Assembly (NCBI GenBank): GCA_964541455.1 | Contig: CAZIPS010000002.1 | Coordinates: 6,326-70,325 of the forward strand | DNA length: 64,000 nt | Source of the DNA: an uncultured Candidatus Saccharibacteria bacterium | GTDB taxonomy: Bacteria > Patescibacteriota > Minisyncoccia > Phycocordibacterales > JAKFXT01 | Direction: 5' to 3' | In this document: positions 18,280 to 27,615 of the stretch, piece after piece | Layout: each line of letters starts with the position of its first letter | Numbering within the stretch: the first letter of the stretch is position 1 | Notes under the pieces: generated by a model | What the model was told of the DNA's origin: nothing | Database searches by the model: none | What the model saw: the letters and a program-made list of their open reading frames with translations, nothing else | Translations under genes and position numbers: made by a program

Positions 18280-18840
18280 TTAGTCAGCCATTGGTTCAGT
18301 AGGCGCCTCTTTTTTACTTGTTTCTTGCCGAGTTTCGAGATCTTTTTTCATAGTTTCATATTCTGGAAGCTCTTCAACCGAGGTTATGCCAAGGAATGCA
18401 AGAAGCTCGAAGGTGGGGCGATACTTCAAGCTTCGTTTGTCACTTTCGTGTTCAATACGCTCAACAAGGCCGCGCATCAAAAGGTTGCGTAATATGAAAT
18501 TAGAATTTACTCCGCGTATGTAATCGATTTCGCTACGTGAAATAGGGCCCAAGTAAAGCACGATAGAGAGTGTCTCAAGGCCAGCTCGTCCAAGGTCTTT
18601 GTGAAGTTCTTCCTTGATAAATTTTTCAATAAGAGGGGCAGCTTCTTTGTGCGTACCAAGCATGACTTCCCCATCTTTCCGCAGTAGCACAATACCCCGG
18701 TTTTCTAGTGATGTTTCAAGTGTTAAGAGCGCATCTTCTATTTGAGAAATGGGATGCTCCGTTATTTCCGAAAGCTTCTTGAGGCTTAAGGGTTCTCCTT
18801 TGAAAAAAAGTATTGATTCTATAAGTAAAGGTAGGGGCAT
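18280..18840 (-). CDS. scpB: segregation and condensation protein B
   Basis: 186 aa; winged-helix ScpB fold (LLIESILFFKGEPLSLKKLSEI). Confidence 0.8.
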   Translation of the reverse strand: MPLPLLIESILFFKGEPLSLKKLSEITEHPISQIEDALLTLETSLENRGIVLLRKDGEVMLGTHKEAAPLIEKFIKEELHKDLGRAGLETLSIVLYLGPISRSEIDYIRGVNSNFILRNLLMRGLVERIEHESDKRSLKYRPTFELLAFLGITSVEELPEYETMKKDLETRQETSKKEAPTEPMAD

Positions 18841-18842
18841 AA

Positions 18843-19571
18843 TTAAGAAATTCTAGGTATACCAACTTCGGCAGTTTCCATAGTAATGTCGCTAAAACGT
18901 TCTTCTTGAGTTACTGCTATAATACCTTGCTTTACTAACTCTAGCATAGCAAGAAACCCAACAATTACATGTACCTTTTCGGCTTTTTCTCCCCCCGCAA
19001 ACTGTTTAAATGAGGTCCGTAGATTGCTTTGGATACGTGTGACTAAGCGCTCTATCATCTCCTCAATACTCATCACTTTCTTAACAATTGCTTGGGGGAT
19101 ATGTTCTTTGAGAGGGATTGCAAGAAGTACATTTTTAATACTTTCGTAAAGTGATGTTGAGGAAATCGTGTCTTCAGGAGAAAATACGGAGTCAATAACT
19201 TTTTGTTCAGTCTTACTAAAGATAGGAGTTTTCCCATACATTGTTTTAACATGCAGGCTCAAGGCGCGAATCTTTTCAAGTGTTTTAAGACGCTCTTCGA
19301 GTGCAGCGATATCAACACTTTCTTCGGTGGTGAGTGAGAGGTTTGGAAGAAGGGATTTTGATTTGATAAGTAAGAGGGTTGAGGCAACAAGTACAAAGTG
19401 TGCGATGTGCGGTATCCCCTCTTCCTGCATTACTTTGACATGTTCAATGAAGTCGTCAGTGACGCTCGCAAGAGAAATATCGTTGATATGGAGTTTACGT
19501 TTCTCAATAAGGTCAAGGAGTAGATCAAGAGGCCCTTCAAATTGTGCAAGCTGTACTTTAAAGGCTTCCAT
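18843..19571 (-). CDS. scpA: segregation and condensation protein A
   Basis: About 243 aa from MEAFKVQLAQFEGPLDLLL (ScpA N-terminal signature); adjacent to scpB. Confidence 0.8.
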   Translation of the reverse strand: MEAFKVQLAQFEGPLDLLLDLIEKRKLHINDISLASVTDDFIEHVKVMQEEGIPHIAHFVLVASTLLLIKSKSLLPNLSLTTEESVDIAALEERLKTLEKIRALSLHVKTMYGKTPIFSKTEQKVIDSVFSPEDTISSTSLYESIKNVLLAIPLKEHIPQAIVKKVMSIEEMIERLVTRIQSNLRTSFKQFAGGEKAEKVHVIVGFLAMLELVKQGIIAVTQEERFSDITMETAEVGIPRIS

Positions 19572-19617
19572 AATGTATTCTACTATAACGGTTTTGGGCC
19601 GTTCGGGCAATCAGCGC

Positions 19618-19646
19618 TTGCTAAAATGGATTTTTTGTCCTATAGT
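19618..19646 (+). promoter_or_regulatory. sigma70-like promoter TTGCTA-N17-TATAGT upstream of GC-rich cassette 3
   Basis: TTGCTAAAA-TGG-ATTTTTTGT-CC-TATAGT; same module as 1650-1678; a GGCGCGA/TCGCGCC hairpin at 19672-19694 lies in the 5'UTR. Confidence 0.4.
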
Positions 19647-19714
19647 GAAATTTGCTGTAAATTTTGGAAGGCGCGACCAATAAAATTCGCGCCACCACGG
19701 AAAAGGAGGGCCGC

Positions 19715-19978
19715 ATGGCCGCTGAAAAGGGCTGTTGTTGGACGCAGGGCGACAATCGTTGTGTTACGCTCTGCGAGGATGGGCACTGCCCAGGGGGGGA
19801 CGTTTGCGTAACGTCCCAGAGGCACAACGTCAACCACGTCGTTGACTACCCCTACCAGATCCTCCAAAGGGTCATGGAAGAGGGGCGGCCGGGACAGAAG
19901 ACGAAACACAGGCATACTGGGACGGGCGACGGAGACCGTTCTGTCTGGCAGGTGGGCGTCCCTGAAGCTTCATCGTGA
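19715..19978 (+). CDS. hypothetical Cys-rich small protein, GC-rich cassette 3 (87 aa, MAAEKGCCWTQGDNRCVTLCEDGHCPGGDVCVT...)
   Basis: ATG at 19715 lies 5 nt after AAGGAGG; 7 Cys in the first 32 residues; no signal peptide; GC-rich; terminator directly after the stop. Confidence 0.5.
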   Translation: MAAEKGCCWTQGDNRCVTLCEDGHCPGGDVCVTSQRHNVNHVVDYPYQILQRVMEEGRPGQKTKHRHTGTGDGDRSVWQVGVPEASS

Positions 19979-19993
19979 ATGCCCTTCGGGCAA

Positions 19994-20022
19994 GGCTGCG
20001 TACCCCGCAGCCTTTTTTATTA
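19994..20022 (+). terminator. intrinsic terminator of cassette 3
   Basis: GGCTGCG-TACCC-CGCAGCC followed by TTTTTTATTATTT; the T-run abuts the aspS stop codon. Confidence 0.6.
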
Positions 20023-21345
20023 TTTACTAAGAAGCGTGTCGATACGATTAATGTCGCGTGGGAAAAGGGTGGCCTCTTTTACATTAGAGAGATTGAGGAA
20101 TTTTTGAGTGAGACGCTCGAGACCTATCGCTAGCCCCCCGTGTGGAGGCATACCCGTGTCAAAGGCTTGGAGATAGAAAGAAAATAGTTCTGGGTTAAGA
20201 TTTTTATTTTTTAAGCCTTCGAGCATAAGTTCCCTTGTATGGCGGCGCTGACCACCCGTAGTTATCTCAACTCCACGGAAGAGTAGATCAAAAGATTTTG
20301 AAAATCCCTTATCGTTTTCATCCTCGTAAGTATAGAAGGGGCGCTTAGTAATTGGGTAGTGCGTGATAAAGATAAAATCAGAATTATGGGTTTTCTTTGC
20401 CCACTCACAAAGCTGTCTTTCGTGTTCTGGCTCAAGGTCTGGTTCCCCTACTGCTTTGCCGCCGAATTCTTTTTCGATAAGTTCCTGTGCCTCGCGAAGC
20501 TTCATAGTGGGGATATGCGCTGGCACTACAGGAATTTCTGCCTTAAGTAGAGCGAACTCTTTTTCACATGTTTTATGAAGCTCTTCGGTGATCGCTATCA
20601 TAAGATCATTTTCAAGGCGCATGATATCAGTATGGTCTTTGATAAAGCCAAACTCTAAATCGAGAGAAGTGTACTCGTTTAGATGTCGTGAGGTTGCATG
20701 TTTTTCAGCGCGAAAGACGTTTCCAATAGTGTAGACACGCTCAAAGACACCGACCATGATTTGTTTATATAACTGTGGAGAGGTGGCAAGTCCTGCTTTA
20801 TGCCCAAAGTGGTCTATGTTATACACAGCACTTCCCCCTTCTGCATCCCCCCCAACAATTTTTGGACACTGAAATTCTGTAAATCCACGGCTGTCAAGGA
20901 AAGCATGAAATGCTTTAATAATGTGGCTTTGCACTTTAAATATTGCTCGGCTTCTTTCGCTACGAAGCGTGTAAGGTTGGTTATCAAGAAAAGTATCAAT
21001 GTTAAGTTCAGTATCTAACTCAAATGGGACCTCAGCGCTTGCAAGCACAGTGATGCTCGTGATTTCAAGTTCAATGTCGCCATTTTGAACCCCTTCTTTG
21101 ACCATTTTTAATGGACGCTTATTAACTTTCCCCTCAATTGTCACCACCCACTCTGGGCGGAGAGTCTCGGCCACTTTGTGGGCTTTTTCGTAGTTTGGGA
21201 GGACTACGCCTTGTACAAGCCCTGTGCTATCACGAATATCAAGGAAAATAAGCTTGCCGTGGTCACGCCTAATATGTATCCATCCGTTAATGGTAACGCC
21301 CTTCTCTATGTTTTGGGCCAGATCTTTAATGAGTGTTCTTTCCAT
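20020..21345 (-). CDS. aspS: aspartyl-tRNA synthetase, short type-2 (archaeal-like) form
   Basis: 441 aa; N-terminal OB anticodon-binding domain; class II motifs FRAEKHATSRHLNEY and the SPQLYKQ motif (AspRS QSPQ-type rather than AsnRS SGQL); no GAD insertion; AsnRS cannot be fully excluded. Confidence 0.7.
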   Translation of the reverse strand: MERTLIKDLAQNIEKGVTINGWIHIRRDHGKLIFLDIRDSTGLVQGVVLPNYEKAHKVAETLRPEWVVTIEGKVNKRPLKMVKEGVQNGDIELEITSITVLASAEVPFELDTELNIDTFLDNQPYTLRSERSRAIFKVQSHIIKAFHAFLDSRGFTEFQCPKIVGGDAEGGSAVYNIDHFGHKAGLATSPQLYKQIMVGVFERVYTIGNVFRAEKHATSRHLNEYTSLDLEFGFIKDHTDIMRLENDLMIAITEELHKTCEKEFALLKAEIPVVPAHIPTMKLREAQELIEKEFGGKAVGEPDLEPEHERQLCEWAKKTHNSDFIFITHYPITKRPFYTYEDENDKGFSKSFDLLFRGVEITTGGQRRHTRELMLEGLKNKNLNPELFSFYLQAFDTGMPPHGGLAIGLERLTQKFLNLSNVKEATLFPRDINRIDTLLSK

Positions 21346-21347
21346 AA

Positions 21348-22325
21348 TTACATTGTTATACCAACAAGTTCACGCACTTTCCTTATAGTGTTTTCAGCAT
21401 TACCTCTCGCACGCTCCCCTCCTTTTGCTAGTACCGAGGCGATGAGCGAAGGATCGTTTCGTATTTCTTCAAAGCGAACGCGAAGTGGTAAAAGCATATT
21501 TTTCATGTTCTCAAAAAGTATGTCTTTTGATTCCTTATAGCCAATACCCCCCTTAATGTAGCGCTCGCGCAGTTGTTCCAGATCGTTTTGACTAAAGAGC
21601 TTGTGGTAGGCAAAAACAAGGTCGGTGTCAGGGTTTTTTGCTTCCTCAACCCCTTTTGAATCGGTGGTAATCCCCATGACGGCTTTACGCAGTACTTCTT
21701 CTGTTGGAAAAAGTGGAATAATGTTTCCGTAGCTTTTACTCATCTTCTGTCCATCAATACCAGGAATAGTCTGCACGGCTTCATCAATAAGAGCTTCTGG
21801 CAGTGTGAACACTTCACCAAATGTATTATTGAACTTTTGAGCAGTATCTCGTGTTATCTCTATATGTTGTTTTTGGTCGGCCCCAACAGGAACGACGGAG
21901 GCTTGCTCAATCAATATGTCCGCTGCCATAAGTAGCGGGTAATTGAAGACTCCAACATTAATCTCCTTATTTTTTGCTTCCGCATCCTTAAAAGCATGTG
22001 CGCGCATTAAGTATGGCATTGTAGTTAAACAACTAAGTATCCACGATAATTCAGTTACTTCCGGAACATCCGATTGTTTATAGAGGGTTACTTTCTCTGG
22101 ATTAAGGCCGATTGCTAGATAGCCTGCAACCGTGTCTTTAATAATTTCTTGCATTTGTTCCTTGTTTTGGAGGGTGGTAAGTGCGTGGAGGTCTGCAACA
22201 AAAATGTTGCAATCATAGGTGTTTTGAAGGGTCAAAAATTGGCGCATGGCACCAAAATAATTTCCAATATGGAGGGTTCCGGTTGATTTAATCCCGGAAA
22301 CGAGGGTTTTTTTAGCTTCTGCCAT
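21348..22325 (-). CDS. trpS: tryptophanyl-tRNA synthetase
   Basis: 325 aa; HIGH-type motif (TGTLHIGNYFGA) and KMSKSYGN. Confidence 0.9.
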   Translation of the reverse strand: MAEAKKTLVSGIKSTGTLHIGNYFGAMRQFLTLQNTYDCNIFVADLHALTTLQNKEQMQEIIKDTVAGYLAIGLNPEKVTLYKQSDVPEVTELSWILSCLTTMPYLMRAHAFKDAEAKNKEINVGVFNYPLLMAADILIEQASVVPVGADQKQHIEITRDTAQKFNNTFGEVFTLPEALIDEAVQTIPGIDGQKMSKSYGNIIPLFPTEEVLRKAVMGITTDSKGVEEAKNPDTDLVFAYHKLFSQNDLEQLRERYIKGGIGYKESKDILFENMKNMLLPLRVRFEEIRNDPSLIASVLAKGGERARGNAENTIRKVRELVGITM

Positions 22326-22375
22326 AGGCGCTATACTAGCAGAAATAAGGGTTTTTTCAAAACAGCTCTGGCATC

Positions 22376-23095
22376 TTATTTTCTGTGTGGATTAAAAATG
22401 TCTTTTGGAAGGAGGTACATAAGAAGCATGAGGCATCCTGATAATACAGCAAGCACTAAGCCTAGTACGTTTTGTACACCATTTATAGAAATTTGGATAA
22501 GGAATCCTCCAGTACCTAAGAGAAATCCGACTGCACTAAGAATAAGAAGCTTAAAGCGATTATAGGGGTCATTAAGAAGTAGTGCCGCTTGGTAAAAAAT
22601 AACCCCCCAAAGATATCCATACATAAAATACACTAGAGCAACCCCCCAACGGACAATGGGGTTAGCTACCCATGTCATAACACCAAGGTCGTTTACGGTT
22701 GGGAGTCTAAAGTCCATAAAGAGAATAGCCGTGGTAATAATAGTTATGAGTCCGACAATAAACATACCCACCACTTCTTCTCTTTCACTAATGATTGAGC
22801 TCGCCATGAGACGAAGTAATCGGAACCCCACCATAAGTGCACAAAGGGTAAGAATGGTTGCGATAATATACGCATATGCAAAATAATGCATATTTGTAGC
22901 ATCAATAAAGTACGGTACAACAAAGCTAATGCAACGAAGGGAAATAAAAGTGAAAAAAATCCCGGCAGAGAGAATCGCTTCATTTTTTGTTTTGTGGTAC
23001 GAAGCAAAAAGATACCATGTAGCGCATATGAAGCAAAAACCAGTGAGAGCTGACCCAACAAGGCTAATAGGTGCGTTCAATAAATCTCCTATCAT
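22376..23095 (-). CDS. polytopic membrane protein (7TM-like), overlaps the histidine kinase gene by 4 nt
   Basis: 239 aa; about 7 predicted TM helices; composition resembles the N-terminal 7TM sensor region of the upstream kinase. Confidence 0.45.
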   Translation of the reverse strand: MIGDLLNAPISLVGSALTGFCFICATWYLFASYHKTKNEAILSAGIFFTFISLRCISFVVPYFIDATNMHYFAYAYIIATILTLCALMVGFRLLRLMASSIISEREEVVGMFIVGLITIITTAILFMDFRLPTVNDLGVMTWVANPIVRWGVALVYFMYGYLWGVIFYQAALLLNDPYNRFKLLILSAVGFLLGTGGFLIQISINGVQNVLGLVLAVLSGCLMLLMYLLPKDIFNPHRK

Positions 23096-24762
23096 ACAGT
23101 TTTAGCAAAATTAGTAACGGTGAGGGTGCGCGCGGCCTCGCTATCCTCTAAAAGTTCTACAAAAAACGTTGACCCCTTCCCCACTCCACCCGACTCAATC
23201 CACACTTCTCCTTTATGCCCCGCTACGATTTCCTTAACAACATAAAGGCCGAGTCCGGTACCAATAACATTTACTTTATTTGCATTTTTGGCACGAGAAA
23301 ACTTAGAGAAGAGTACAGGAATGGTTTCTTTATCAATACCGATACCAGTGTCGGCCACGGCGAGAATAATTTTCCTTTCAGCTCGCTTTTTTGTGAGACG
23401 GACAGAGATGCTCCCTTTGGGCGTATATTTTATAGCATTATCAATTAAATTGAGCACCACTTGGCGGATTTTGCTCAAATCAGCTTTTACAAAGTAAGGA
23501 GGTAGATGATCGGTACTAAAGGTGAGGGAGAGATGTGCATGTTCTGCTGAGGGCTTCTGTTCATCAACAACGCTTTTTACTACTTTTTCAAGATCAAGTG
23601 TTTCAAATTCGTACTTCATTCTTCCCTGCTCAATACGTGAGACATTAAGGAAGTCTTCCACCATAACCACAAGTGATTGGCAGGATTGAAACATTTTATC
23701 AACTGCTTCATGAATAGCGGGAGGAGTCTTGCCAAAGGAGCCGTCAAGAATAAGTGACGCATACCCTTTAATAGCAGTAAGGGGGCTGCGAAGTTGATGA
23801 GAGGCAATTGAAACGAACTCGGATTTTAATTGATCAAGTTCTTGTAGGCGGTTATTTGCTCGACTTAGGTCAGTGGCAAGCCTTTCAATTTCTTCACGCG
23901 ACTCAATTTCCTTACCCACACTTCGAATAAGGAAAATTCCTGAAATAATAGTAGCGATAAGTAGTCCTGAAGTAATAACCTGGTCTTCAAAGGTGGGTGA
24001 AACAAGTACTCGAGAAAAAAGTAGCCCCCAAATGGCAAAAGTGAAGAGTTCGGCAGAAATCACTTTTATATTGAAAAGATGATGACGTAGAATAGCGTAG
24101 GTAATGATAAGCGGATAGAGTGAAAAAAGAATAAGTGGGTATGGTGGAATATTGATATTAAATGTAAGGAGGAAGACACTTCCCCCCCCGATAAACCCAG
24201 CACTTGATGAAAAAAGTACATAGAGGAGGCGTGTCCTTTCTAGGTCTTTTTGTTTCAAAATGGTCAAAAGAAGTATCCATTCAGCAATAAGCACAATTGC
24301 GAAAAAGTAAACAGTGAAATATATGTAAAGTGGTCCTGCATCAGGGGCAAAAGCTAAAGGTGCCTTGGGGAACACATCAGCAACAAAAAGAGTACTCTTA
24401 CTTATAATAAGAAACGCAACGGCAAAGACAGAAAAGAGCACGGTGAGCATTTGATATTTTTTCGCTGTTTTTGTCAGGTGGACAATAAAGTAAAAATAAA
24501 AGATAGGAATCAAAATAGCGCCGATGTGGAGAATCCAATCGCTGTTAATGGCAGCAAGCTTACTTGGAGAAAGGAGCATCGAAAAATACCCAAAACTCCA
24601 AATAGCGGTAACCAGGTTTAAAAGCATCCACGCAATGTTTTCTCTTTTGTGTGGGTCATTGAAGAACACAAAGGCTCCCGAGCCTATAGCAACAAGCCCA
24701 CCTAAAAAAAGCGAAATATTAAAATAGTTTAATGATTCAAGCATGGATAGTAGTAATATCAA
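23092..24762 (-). CDS. sensor histidine kinase with N-terminal 7TM sensor region
   Basis: 556 aa; multi-TM N-terminus; HisKA (SIASHQLRSPLTAIKGY); HATPase_c (NLIDNAIKYT, DTGIGI, GTGLGLYVV); no response regulator in the window. Confidence 0.85.
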   Translation of the reverse strand: MILLLSMLESLNYFNISLFLGGLVAIGSGAFVFFNDPHKRENIAWMLLNLVTAIWSFGYFSMLLSPSKLAAINSDWILHIGAILIPIFYFYFIVHLTKTAKKYQMLTVLFSVFAVAFLIISKSTLFVADVFPKAPLAFAPDAGPLYIYFTVYFFAIVLIAEWILLLTILKQKDLERTRLLYVLFSSSAGFIGGGSVFLLTFNINIPPYPLILFSLYPLIITYAILRHHLFNIKVISAELFTFAIWGLLFSRVLVSPTFEDQVITSGLLIATIISGIFLIRSVGKEIESREEIERLATDLSRANNRLQELDQLKSEFVSIASHQLRSPLTAIKGYASLILDGSFGKTPPAIHEAVDKMFQSCQSLVVMVEDFLNVSRIEQGRMKYEFETLDLEKVVKSVVDEQKPSAEHAHLSLTFSTDHLPPYFVKADLSKIRQVVLNLIDNAIKYTPKGSISVRLTKKRAERKIILAVADTGIGIDKETIPVLFSKFSRAKNANKVNVIGTGLGLYVVKEIVAGHKGEVWIESGGVGKGSTFFVELLEDSEAARTLTVTNFAKTV

Positions 24763-26383
24763 GATAGCGGTTCCCTAATTCTGTAAAATGCTCTGTTGAG
24801 GCCATATGCCTTGCAAGTTCTTTCTGGCTGTTATAGGTAATATTTGTGCCATGATGGGGTTCAACATGGATATCTCCTTTGTATACCCTGTGTGTGAGCA
24901 TGGCTTGTTTGAAGGCGTTAAGTTTACCCTCAAGCGCATAGATAGCTGATTGTGGGGATGAGCAAGCAACGTGCGGGTTGGTGAGTCCGTGTACTTGCCA
25001 GCCCCTTGGAATATGAAGTGGGTTAATGTACCCGTGCCAATGAGAAAGTGCCATTCCTTTGGTAGTGATGTGTTTTAAGAAAGAATTTTCTTTATCTATA
25101 TGGTTAAGGATTGAGGCAATAATGGCATTACCTATACCATGAGCGAGCATGACACCAGTATCGAAAGATGGTTTATAGTCTTTAGTGAACGTAACTCCCT
25201 TTGGTGCTTGTAAATACATTGTTCCATTTTTAATACCAATTTTGACAACATCTTTTATCTTATCCATATTGGTTTTATTTGCCCCCGAGCGCTGACTTAG
25301 TATCCATACTTCGGGAACCTTAAGGGCAAACTTCCCTTCGGCGATTTCAACAGTAATATACATATCATTTCCCACGTAGAACAGATCGTCTTGAGGAGGT
25401 GTTCCACCAAGCACTTTTTCTATATCTGTATAAGGGATAAGTGGAGAAGGGGTGACAGGCATTTGGTCTGCCAAAAATCCATAGCTCATGCCTGTGCGAT
25501 GATCTAGGTGGAGTTGTCCTATCCATGTGTAAAATTTATTGCGAAAAGGGAGATCAGCAATTTTTTTCCCAGGGGGGTAAATTGAAAGTTTTTCAAAGAG
25601 CGGTCCGCTTTCTGCAAGATCAGCAATAATTGGTGCATGTACAGCGTCAGTTGAATCAAATTTTTCCTTAACAACGGTAAAATCTGAAAAGCGATATGGG
25701 CGGATAGGCGCTGCAATTTTTGGTAGTAGCCCATAGAGAAGGTCATGTTTAAAATCCCCTTCTCGCTTATAGAGCGGATGAGATGCATTAAAATTGTAGA
25801 CAATCCAATCTTTTTTGTCGACCACAATAACGATGTTGGTCATGTGATATGCAAAAAGGCGCATAGCAGTATCAAAATGAGTATAAAAATTACTTTCCTC
25901 TGTTATTTCTTTTGGTTTATCAAGGATAGTGATTACCGAGCTTAGACGAAAACTTGACGCAACATCAATGGGCATACGCCCCATACTACTTTCGCCAAGT
26001 GCAATAACGGAAACGCCAGGTTTTATGCGGTGCGTTTTTAAAATTCCCTTAAGTGTTTTTCGATCTATGTATACACGCTCGGTGCGTCCAAGTAAGCGCT
26101 CCAAAAGATAAATACCATTATTGGAGAGGCTTGCAAGAAGACGTTTAACACGCTTTTTTTGAGGCACTTTTTCAAGCGCTTCCTTGTAAGGAATAATACT
26201 TATTCCTATTTCTTTAAGGGTTTCTTCAAGTTTTTTTGCAAAGGTAAGTACTGGAGTACTAAGTGCGGCAAGATTCTCAACTGGATAGAAGGTAAGGGTA
26301 ACCCCTCTCGCCATTGAAAGAGGGTCTTTTTGAATATTTTCGGTCAGACCTAAAAGTGTATGTATTGCTTTTTCGCTGATCAT
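24737..26383 (-). CDS. hypothetical protein (548 aa), in an operon with the kinase and acyltransferase
   Basis: Long ORF with a 26-nt overlap onto the downstream kinase gene; no recognisable motifs. Confidence 0.45.
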   Translation of the reverse strand: MISEKAIHTLLGLTENIQKDPLSMARGVTLTFYPVENLAALSTPVLTFAKKLEETLKEIGISIIPYKEALEKVPQKKRVKRLLASLSNNGIYLLERLLGRTERVYIDRKTLKGILKTHRIKPGVSVIALGESSMGRMPIDVASSFRLSSVITILDKPKEITEESNFYTHFDTAMRLFAYHMTNIVIVVDKKDWIVYNFNASHPLYKREGDFKHDLLYGLLPKIAAPIRPYRFSDFTVVKEKFDSTDAVHAPIIADLAESGPLFEKLSIYPPGKKIADLPFRNKFYTWIGQLHLDHRTGMSYGFLADQMPVTPSPLIPYTDIEKVLGGTPPQDDLFYVGNDMYITVEIAEGKFALKVPEVWILSQRSGANKTNMDKIKDVVKIGIKNGTMYLQAPKGVTFTKDYKPSFDTGVMLAHGIGNAIIASILNHIDKENSFLKHITTKGMALSHWHGYINPLHIPRGWQVHGLTNPHVACSSPQSAIYALEGKLNAFKQAMLTHRVYKGDIHVEPHHGTNITYNSQKELARHMASTEHFTELGNRYLDITTIHA

Positions 26384-27060
26384 ACGTGGTGGAAAGTATG
26401 TAGAGATGTTCCCTCCATTATTATACGTGCTTTTTCACGATATGACTCTGCATCATCGCTTTCGCTGTGAATATTATATAGGGGAATATTGAAGACTACG
26501 GCAACATGACGCTTGCGAGTGAAAAAATCACGCAAGGTAATTTTGTAGGGTCCAGTAATGGTGACGTGAACAACAGGGGTATGTGTTGCTTCGGCTAGGT
26601 ATACTACTCCCCCATGTACTTCACCAAGTACTCCAGTTTTGGTAATACGTCCTTCGGGGAAAATGCACACGCTATTTTTCCCCTTAAGTAATTTGATGTG
26701 GTTAAAGAGAGATTCAGCATAACTTTTAAGCCCTGACTGTGCAGGGTAGGCTCCCCATGCCTTAAAAAAGAATCCCCCATAAAAATATTTACGCATTCCC
26801 TTTATGGAAGCAAGGTAATTTTTTCTTGATACGTAAAAGAGCGGACCAAAACGAGAAAAACATGGAAGTGCAGCTCGCACCAAGATGGGGTCAAGTTCGC
26901 TTACATGATTTGAAGCAAATATAACAGGAGCCTCAATACCTTTTAGATGCTCCAAACCAACAACATTGAAATGAATAAAAAAGTTAAGCACAAGGCGTGT
27001 CGGAAGCCAAGCGCACGATTGTAGTATCTTTGGAATATATCTAATAAAAAATTGACGCAT
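26380..27060 (-). CDS. plsC: 1-acyl-sn-glycerol-3-phosphate acyltransferase family protein (PlsC-like)
   Basis: 226 aa; acyltransferase motif I NHVSELD and motif III FPEGRITKTG. Confidence 0.8.
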   Translation of the reverse strand: MRQFFIRYIPKILQSCAWLPTRLVLNFFIHFNVVGLEHLKGIEAPVIFASNHVSELDPILVRAALPCFSRFGPLFYVSRKNYLASIKGMRKYFYGGFFFKAWGAYPAQSGLKSYAESLFNHIKLLKGKNSVCIFPEGRITKTGVLGEVHGGVVYLAEATHTPVVHVTITGPYKITLRDFFTRKRHVAVVFNIPLYNIHSESDDAESYREKARIIMEGTSLHTFHHV

Positions 27061-27078
27061 ATACTATGCAGGGTGTAT

Positions 27079-27564
27079 TTAGGAACGACCCGAAGTGAGA
27101 AAAAGCATGGCAAAACTTCCAAGTATCCAATAAAAAAGAATATGTGGGATTGCTTGGAACATAGAAATTATTTTTCCGTATTGTGTTAAGAAACTTGTTT
27201 CCATGTGTGGAGTAATTGCAAGAAGGAGAAAGCCTATAATTGAAAGCGCTAACAGTACCGCTTCAAACACCCTACGCATGGGGCTCCATGAAAATACTGT
27301 TGAAACAAGGCGACGAAAAATAAAAAATAGTAGTAAGGTGGTAATGAGGAAGATGATAAGTGCAATAGTATCGCTCTGTTTCTCATAGTGTAGTTTCTCC
27401 GTAATAAATGACTGAAATGGAGAAAGAAGTTCAAAGGTGTAGGCAGCAAAAAGTGCGAAGAAAAGACTTACTCCGGAACTTTTACCAAAATAAAGAAGCC
27501 AAGAGAAAAGTATGGCAAAGACAACTATCAAAGCAAGAATGTCAAAAGGCATACCAAAGAACAT
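27079..27564 (-). CDS. hypothetical membrane protein
   Basis: 161 aa; 5 predicted TM helices. Confidence 0.45.
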   Translation of the reverse strand: MFFGMPFDILALIVVFAILFSWLLYFGKSSGVSLFFALFAAYTFELLSPFQSFITEKLHYEKQSDTIALIIFLITTLLLFFIFRRLVSTVFSWSPMRRVFEAVLLALSIIGFLLLAITPHMETSFLTQYGKIISMFQAIPHILFYWILGSFAMLFLTSGRS

Positions 27565-27615
27565 ATATATAGACGATATGATTGATTAAAGTACTTCTAT
27601 TGTAATATAGGTTGC

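Noticed and set aside
19621-19915. Two minus-strand ORFs (70 and 91 aa) across cassette 3
   Set aside because: They lack an SD and run antisense to an ORF that has promoter, SD and terminator; judged GC-rich frame noise
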